Shown here piece by piece: positions 59,561 through 64,000 of a stretch of 64,000 bases of DNA (its first letter is position 1; every line of letters begins with the position of its first letter). Below the pieces are notes generated by a model. That model was not told the DNA's origin. It saw only the letters and a program-made list of their open reading frames with translations, and made no database searches. A program made the position numbers and the translations under genes. The DNA lies in the NCBI GenBank assembly GCA_964532205.1, contig CAZHGQ010000004.1, positions 3,118 to 67,117 of the forward strand, in the 5' to 3' direction. This stretch comes from an uncultured Candidatus Saccharibacteria bacterium (GTDB lineage: Bacteria > Patescibacteriota > Minisyncoccia > Phycocordibacterales > JAKAEA01).

Positions 59561-59828
59561 CTCCACCCCGTGTGGTTGAGCGGCGTGCGGGTGCGTGAGC
59601 CGGGTGACCCGCGTGAGCCCCGTGAGGGGCCGTGAGGCGGGTAGTCGGGGGTGGCAAATTCAACACAACGAACGAATGAGCGCTCAACAGAGCGCTGGTT
59701 TGAAGGTAGTGGGCCTCCACCCCCTTGGAGGGGTGTGAGGAACCCGTGGAGCGGCGTTGTCCTTTACCAATTGTTCGATTCCTACCGAGGGCAGAGTAAG
59801 CATCGAGTCGCGCGCAGTGACTAACCCC
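59561..59828 (-). repeat. 268-bp perfect inverted repeat, right copy
   Basis: Reverse complement identical to 28147..28414. Confidence 0.85.
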
Positions 59829-59920
59829 TTCTGGGAAATGCGCGAAGTTTCGCGCGTTTCCAGTGCCGCTTCAGGCGGCAACCCGCAACGCGAACGCCAT
59901 TTCCGGGCCTCCGTTGCAAC
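59826..59920 (-). repeat. Inverted about 95-bp duplicate of the rec2 3' end/att arm (matches 61434..61528 with 1 mismatch), abutting the inverted repeat
   Basis: Reverse complement of 59826..59920 aligns to 61434..61528. ORF 59684..59938 is the resulting remnant (ATEARKWRSRCGLPPEAALETRETSRISQKG). Confidence 0.75.
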
Positions 59921-60007
59921 AACAACGACACGAGTCACTGCCTTGGCGCATTTTTCTTAACGTGCTACTATGCGCGCGCAAATCATTAGCAGTTAATTCG
60001 CATTCAC

Positions 60008-61657
60008 ATGGAAACAATTCACAGCAGCGGCAGGTATTTCCTGTACGCGCGCAAATCCACCGATACGGAGGAAAAGCAGGTTCGAAGCATCGACGATCAA
60101 CTCGCCGAACTTCACGACTTCGCAAAGTCGCACAACCTCAACATCTTGGAGACGTTTATTGAACGGCGCACCGCGAAGATTCCGGGTCGCCCGGTATTCA
60201 ACGAAATGCTCGATCGCATCCAGCGCGGCGAAGCAGATGGCATCCTTGCTTGGCATCCTGATCGCCTCTCCCGCAACAGCATTGATGGCGGCAGGCTTAT
60301 CTACCTTGTCGACCAAGGTGTCATCCGTGATCTCAAGTTTCCCATCTACACATTTGACTCAACCTCGCAAGGCAAGTTCACACTTGCCATCGCTTTCGGA
60401 CAAAGCAAATACTACGTGGACAACCTTTCGGAAAACGTCAAACGCGCGATGCGGCAGAAGGCAAAAAGCGGTCAGTTTCCTGGCCGAGCACCAGTCGGCT
60501 ACCTAAACGATCCGCGTACACGAACGGTGGTGCTTGATCCTGCACGAAGCCACCTGGTGCGGAAAGTCTTCGAGCTTTTTGCAACCGGTCAGTGGTCGAT
60601 CCGCGAGCTACGCGCCACCAGCACCAAGCTCGGATTACTCAGCAGTTCTGAAAGGCCACTCTCACTCTCTGAAATGCACCGCTTCCTGCGCAACCCCTTC
60701 TACTACGGTCTGTTTCGCTATGCCGGTGAACTCTATGAAGGACGCCATGAACCACTCATTGCGAAATCCGTCTTTGATCGTGCCCAACTGGCACTGTCCC
60801 AGCGAACCAAACCCCGCTGGAAGCCTTCATCCGAGAAACTGTTTCAAGGCGTATTTCGGTGTGCCGCGTGTGGCGCGTTCATCACGACTGAAACACAGAA
60901 GGGACGTAACTACCTTCGGTGCACTCGCAAAAAAGGTGCCTGCTCACAGCCGTACCTGCGGGAGGATGATGCGGTCCGACAGATGCAGGTCATTCTTTCT
61001 GAGATCGCCGTGCCCCAGGAAACGGTCGATACACTTCGCGCTGAATTTACCGAGCGTAAAAAACAAGAAGCAACTCATCGCGCCGACAATCTCTTCGATC
61101 TTCATCAGCAATCTGCGGAGATAGACAGCAAACTTGAACGCCTCACAATCAGCTATCTCGACAACATCGTCACCCTCGACGAATACCGTTCAACCAAAGC
61201 GGCCATTCTGCTTGAGAAGACCAAAATCAAAGATGAAACCCGCCTGGTGGAACAACACTCGAACGGTTGGCTCGAACCGATGGAGGCCTTCATTGCAGAG
61301 CTTAACCAAGCCATTTCTGTGGTTTCTGGCTCAGATCTGCGAGAAAAACGCGATTTTCTCACAAGGGTCGGCTCGAACTTAATAATCCAGGATCGCACGA
61401 TCCACTACGATTTCCAGCCACTCTGGAAATACGTTGCAACGGAAGCCCGGAAATGGCGTTCGCGTTGCGGGTTGCCGCCTGAAGCGGCACTGGAAACGCG
61501 CGAAACTTCGCGCATTTCCCAGAAGGGGTGCCCAATGGGAATCGAACCCATATCGCCGGGACCACAATCCAGCGTTCTAACCGTTGAACTATGGGCACCA
61601 TATTTGCCCAGGTTTTTAGTAAACCCACCTAAGCATTGTGCGCAGGAGAGGATTTGA
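60008..61657 (+). CDS. Large serine recombinase rec2 (ortholog-type of rec1); functional C-terminus probably ends near 61528 at the tRNA-His junction, and the ORF reads through the tRNA antisense to the first stop
   Basis: FLYARKSTDTEEKQVRSIDDQ. Recombinase domain. CAACGAFITTETQKGRNYLRCTRKKGAC zinc ribbon. Confidence 0.8.
   Translation: METIHSSGRYFLYARKSTDTEEKQVRSIDDQLAELHDFAKSHNLNILETFIERRTAKIPGRPVFNEMLDRIQRGEADGILAWHPDRLSRNSIDGGRLIYLVDQGVIRDLKFPIYTFDSTSQGKFTLAIAFGQSKYYVDNLSENVKRAMRQKAKSGQFPGRAPVGYLNDPRTRTVVLDPARSHLVRKVFELFATGQWSIRELRATSTKLGLLSSSERPLSLSEMHRFLRNPFYYGLFRYAGELYEGRHEPLIAKSVFDRAQLALSQRTKPRWKPSSEKLFQGVFRCAACGAFITTETQKGRNYLRCTRKKGACSQPYLREDDAVRQMQVILSEIAVPQETVDTLRAEFTERKKQEATHRADNLFDLHQQSAEIDSKLERLTISYLDNIVTLDEYRSTKAAILLEKTKIKDETRLVEQHSNGWLEPMEAFIAELNQAISVVSGSDLREKRDFLTRVGSNLIIQDRTIHYDFQPLWKYVATEARKWRSRCGLPPEAALETRETSRISQKGCPMGIEPISPGPQSSVLTVELWAPYLPRFLVNPPKHCAQERI
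61526..61599 (-). tRNA. tRNA-His (GTG) with genomically encoded G-1
   Basis: Hand fold: 8-bp acceptor including G-1:C73, D stem GTTC/GAAC, anticodon loop TTGTGGT, T arm ATGGG-TTCGATT-CCCAT. Confidence 0.7.
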
Positions 61658-61722
61658 ACCTCCAAGCCCTTGCGGGCGCTACCACCTCAAGGTAGTGCGT
61701 CTGCCAATTTCGCCACCTGCGC
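61639..61722 (-). tRNA. tRNA-Leu (GAG), long variable arm
   Basis: Hand fold: acceptor GCGCAGG/CCTGCGC, anticodon loop TTGAGGT, variable arm CGCCCGCAAGGGCTTGG, T arm AGGTTCAAATCCT. Confidence 0.7.
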
Positions 61723-61814
61723 ATTCAAGGTCTTTCGACGTTGTGCATGAACTATAGCAAAATGATGCCTTTTTTCAAGCTCGATCAGCTTTCTATCAGA
61801 AAATGGTCGAAAAC

Positions 61815-61843
61815 AAAAAATGACAACTTTGTTGTCATTTTTT
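61815..61843. terminator. Bidirectional terminator hairpin (aaaaaatgacaac ttt gttgtcatttttt)
   Basis: Perfect stem with A/T runs, downstream of rplS. Confidence 0.65.
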
Positions 61844-61894
61844 GGTAGGCTGCACTTTCTATATATTCTACCCTGCCCTTTTAAATAATTTTGA

Positions 61895-62320
61895 TTATTC
61901 AGCAGCTGGAGTTTCAACCGGAGTTTCCTTTGTTTCAGCAGCTGGAGTTTCTTCGGTTCGCATACTCTGAGTTCGGCGCATTTCACGACTGATTTCCTTG
62001 GCTGCCTTCTTGCGGATATGATAGAGCTTTGCTCGACGAACTTTAGCGCGGCGGACAACTTCAATCTTATCAATTAATGGTGAGTATAGTGGGAAAATTT
62101 TCTCAACACCAACACCACTAGCTACTTTACGAACAGTAAATGTCGCACCGGCTTCGCTGCCATGCTTGCGGGCCAAAACCAAACCTTCAAAAACCTGAAG
62201 ACGTGTCTTGTCACCTTCCTTAATTTTCTGGTACACCTTTACAGTGTCGCCAGAGCGAAGGTTGAGAGTTGAGCGCTGCTCAACATTGACCGGAGAAATT
62301 GTGATGTTTTTCGTCTGCAT
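61895..62320 (-). CDS. rplS: 50S ribosomal protein L19 with Pro/Glu/Thr-rich C-terminal tail; start moved to internal Met
   Basis: [31 protein letters not shown]...[29 protein letters not shown]. Confidence 0.85.
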   Translation of the reverse strand: MQTKNITISPVNVEQRSTLNLRSGDTVKVYQKIKEGDKTRLQVFEGLVLARKHGSEAGATFTVRKVASGVGVEKIFPLYSPLIDKIEVVRRAKVRRAKLYHIRKKAAKEISREMRRTQSMRTEETPAAETKETPVETPAAE

Positions 62321-62373
62321 ATAAGTACGGAACACTTTAGCATACGGTTGTAGCTTTAGCAAGAGCCACGGTT

Positions 62374-63099
62374 TTAAGCCTTATGCTGGCGCATATCTTC
62401 CTGAGCCCGAACAAAATCCATAGGAAATGGCGCTTCAACCCGGGCCTCAGCACCATCAGGAGTTATAAACTCAAGGAGTCGAGCGTGCAGAGCCAACCGA
62501 ATAAAGCCCAAAGCCGCCTCGCGCTTGGGTGCATAGAGACCATCAGCCACAATCGGATGATTTATAGCCTTAAAATGCACGCGGATCTGGTGGGTGCGGC
62601 CAGTTTTTGGGTAGACCTCGACATATGTATGTGTGCCGTCATTCATTAATACCTTGTATTCAGTGATGGCTTCACGGGCTTCACCGCGACCACCTCGCTG
62701 AGCCGACCAGAGCCGAAAATCACTACGCGATCGGGCAATTGGTCGATTGATTACACCCTCTTCCCCCTTCATCACACCATACACAAAGGCATTGTAGGTT
62801 TTATGGACTTCACGGTCCTGAAATTGTTTTTTAAAAAACTCAAAGGCTTCAGCAGTTTTAGCAATGAGTAATACACCCGATGTTTCGCGGTCGAGCCGAT
62901 GCACAATACCCGAACGATGAATAACTGTGCCGTCAGTTTTGGTAATTGGTTCACCGACGTTTTTTGATTCTGGGTAATGCTCTTCAAACCATTCAGTCAC
63001 ATTTGGTTCAGCGGTCCGGCCATCAGCATGAACAACCAAGCCGGCCGGCTTGTTGATGACGACACAGTGTTTGTCTTCGTAAAGAATCTTGATATCCAT
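62374..63099 (-). CDS. RluA-family pseudouridine synthase
   Basis: [12 protein letters not shown]...[16 protein letters not shown] catalytic-Asp motif. Confidence 0.8.
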   Translation of the reverse strand: MDIKILYEDKHCVVINKPAGLVVHADGRTAEPNVTEWFEEHYPESKNVGEPITKTDGTVIHRSGIVHRLDRETSGVLLIAKTAEAFEFFKKQFQDREVHKTYNAFVYGVMKGEEGVINRPIARSRSDFRLWSAQRGGRGEAREAITEYKVLMNDGTHTYVEVYPKTGRTHQIRVHFKAINHPIVADGLYAPKREAALGFIRLALHARLLEFITPDGAEARVEAPFPMDFVRAQEDMRQHKA

Positions 63100-63418
63100 A
63101 ACGACATACTATCTGATTTTTGCAATATGTAAACGAAAGACAGATATGATACAGTATCGGCAGAAAGGATGTCTTATGAATAACACCGAACTTCTGGATT
63201 TGTCTGTCCAGGCTCATCTGTGCGCCACAAAAAAATATCGCCGTCGGGCAATTTTCGAAGCAGCCAAAAAACTGGTTGGTGACACAAGCGAAGAAGAACG
63301 GGCCGAGGTTATCGCATTAATTTTCCGGACAATTATTGCACCGGAACCGAGTGAGCTTGGAAAAATTGAGAAGCGAGATCCCACCGTACCACTCATCATC
63401 CAGATCAAGTGCGACTAA
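63089..63418 (+). CDS. Hypothetical protein
   Basis: ORF followed by a terminator. Confidence 0.35.
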   Translation: MISITTYYLIFAICKRKTDMIQYRQKGCLMNNTELLDLSVQAHLCATKKYRRRAIFEAAKKLVGDTSEEERAEVIALIFRTIIAPEPSELGKIEKRDPTVPLIIQIKCD

Positions 63419-63420
63419 CA

Positions 63421-63449
63421 AAAAGCCGAAGGTATTCCCTTCGGCTTTT
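63421..63449. terminator. Bidirectional terminator (aaaagccgaagg...ccttcggctttt)
   Basis: Hairpin with flanking A/T runs, between a plus CDS and minus tRNA-Val. Confidence 0.65.
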
Positions 63450-63452
63450 GCG

Positions 63453-63528
63453 TGGTGCGCGATGAGGGACTCGAACCCCCGACCTTCCCGGTGTAAACGG
63501 GTTGCTCTACCAACTGAGCTAATCGCGC
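63453..63528 (-). tRNA. tRNA-Val (TAC) with encoded CCA
   Basis: Hand fold: GCGCGAT acceptor, D arm GCTC-AGTTGGTA-GAGC, anticodon loop TTTACAC, T arm GGGGG-TTCGAGT-CCCTC, ACCA end. Confidence 0.75.
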
Positions 63529-63587
63529 ATGTAAACACCTAATGTGGTGTTCACTATACAGGATTTTCTAAAAAAATCCAGATCTAG

Positions 63588-64000
63588 TTAAAACCCCAGT
63601 CTATGTTTGAAGAAGTCGCCAATACCACGAAAGAAACCATACCCTCGTGCTGGTTTGCCATTGCCTTGTGGCATGGTTGTAGAGCCCATACCCCATCCCC
63701 GCATCTCACCGACCATGATTTTGGTAGCAATAACAGATGTGCCGGAAATAGCACCTTCCACACCAGCACGATCACCAACTACCAACGCTGAGATAGTTGT
63801 TGTAGCACGATTCTTCATAACAAAAGCATTTGTTGCGTCAACTGTATATGTGGTTGTACCCTGATTACTTTGTATACCAGGCTGAGCCAATGTAATGGTT
63901 GTACCACTAATTGCAATGATTTGACCATGAACACCGTTGGGTATTTGGGGAACACGACCATCTTCAGGACGACCCCGACCGCTTGCTGCTAAGGCAAAAG
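63588..64000 (-). CDS. Partial hypothetical protein (5' end beyond window)
   Basis: ORF continues in frame to the window edge. Confidence 0.3.
   Translation of the reverse strand, partial: FALAASGRGRPEDGRVPQIPNGVHGQIIAISGTTITLAQPGIQSNQGTTTYTVDATNAFVMKNRATTTISALVVGDRAGVEGAISGTSVIATKIMVGEMRGWGMGSTTMPQGNGKPARGYGFFRGIGDFFKHRLGF

Larger units (their letters stand above)
28147..59828. mobile_element. Inverted-repeat-bounded high-GC segment of about 31.7 kb (integrative/mobilisable element or invertible segment) carrying defence, toxin, recombination and replication genes
   Basis: Abrupt visible rise in GC versus flanks. 268-bp inverted repeats at both ends. Serine recombinases at and near the boundaries. 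Primase, Replic_Relax and HerA/FtsK-like ATPases inside. Confidence 0.55.

Noticed and set aside
59684-59938. 84-aa ORF on minus strand
   Set aside because: Its first half is the duplicated rec2 3' end fused to inverted-repeat sequence. It is a junction remnant, not a gene.
63317-63542. ORFs overlapping tRNA-Val on both strands
   Set aside because: Antisense or sense readings of the tRNA and terminator. Not coding.

Overview
The window is a mosaic of a low-GC host region and at least two nested, higher-GC mobile segments. The host lineage is uncertain; it could be a Patescibacteria/CPR-like or Firmicutes-like bacterium.

- **Host surface/secretion block (1-14.9 kb, minus strand).** Three tightly packed tandem paralogous giant repeat proteins sit next to a protein with a Tat-like (KR) signal and a small unannotated tatA gene. 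Then come secreted and membrane proteins: a CAP/SCP-domain protein, a Cys-rich tandem-repeat protein with a peptidoglycan-binding domain, and a NUDIX hydrolase.
- **Low-GC island (about 15.6-28.15 kb).** It carries a MORC-like GHKL ATPase with a C-terminal PD-(D/E)xK nuclease domain, operon-coupled with a C5 cytosine methyltransferase, which predicts an R-M system. It also carries a full copper-resistance operon (csoR, copA P1B-ATPase, YHS, DUF305, HMA-domain membrane protein, cupredoxin-like protein), small mobile-element proteins, and a large serine recombinase (rec1) at its right edge.
- **High-GC segment (28.4-59.6 kb).** It is bracketed by a perfect 268-bp inverted repeat (28147-28414 and 59561-59828) that contains about 10-bp-spaced CTCACG iterons. 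Its cargo includes a two-gene Pycsar-like cyclic-nucleotide defence module (cNMP-binding/TIR-like effector plus minimal class III cyclase), a PEP-CTERM lipase, two HerA/FtsK-like ATPases (one fused to a nuclease-like C-terminal domain, one next to an OLD-family ABC-ATPase/TOPRIM nuclease), a nested HTH plus serine recombinase (rec3) plus replication-relaxation module, a 2569-aa Rhs polymorphic toxin with a QHH (AHH-like) C-terminal domain and a TPR-like candidate immunity gene, HTH/MarR regulators, an AlaX-like tRNA-editing protein, and a DnaG-like primase.
- **Right junction.** A second rec1-like serine recombinase (rec2) runs up to the 3' end of tRNA-His. Its 3' end region is duplicated in inverted orientation at the other side of the inverted repeat. 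Three junctions share a GGGG core.
- **Right flank.** Host genes: tRNA-His, tRNA-Leu, rplS, an rluA-family pseudouridine synthase, and tRNA-Val.
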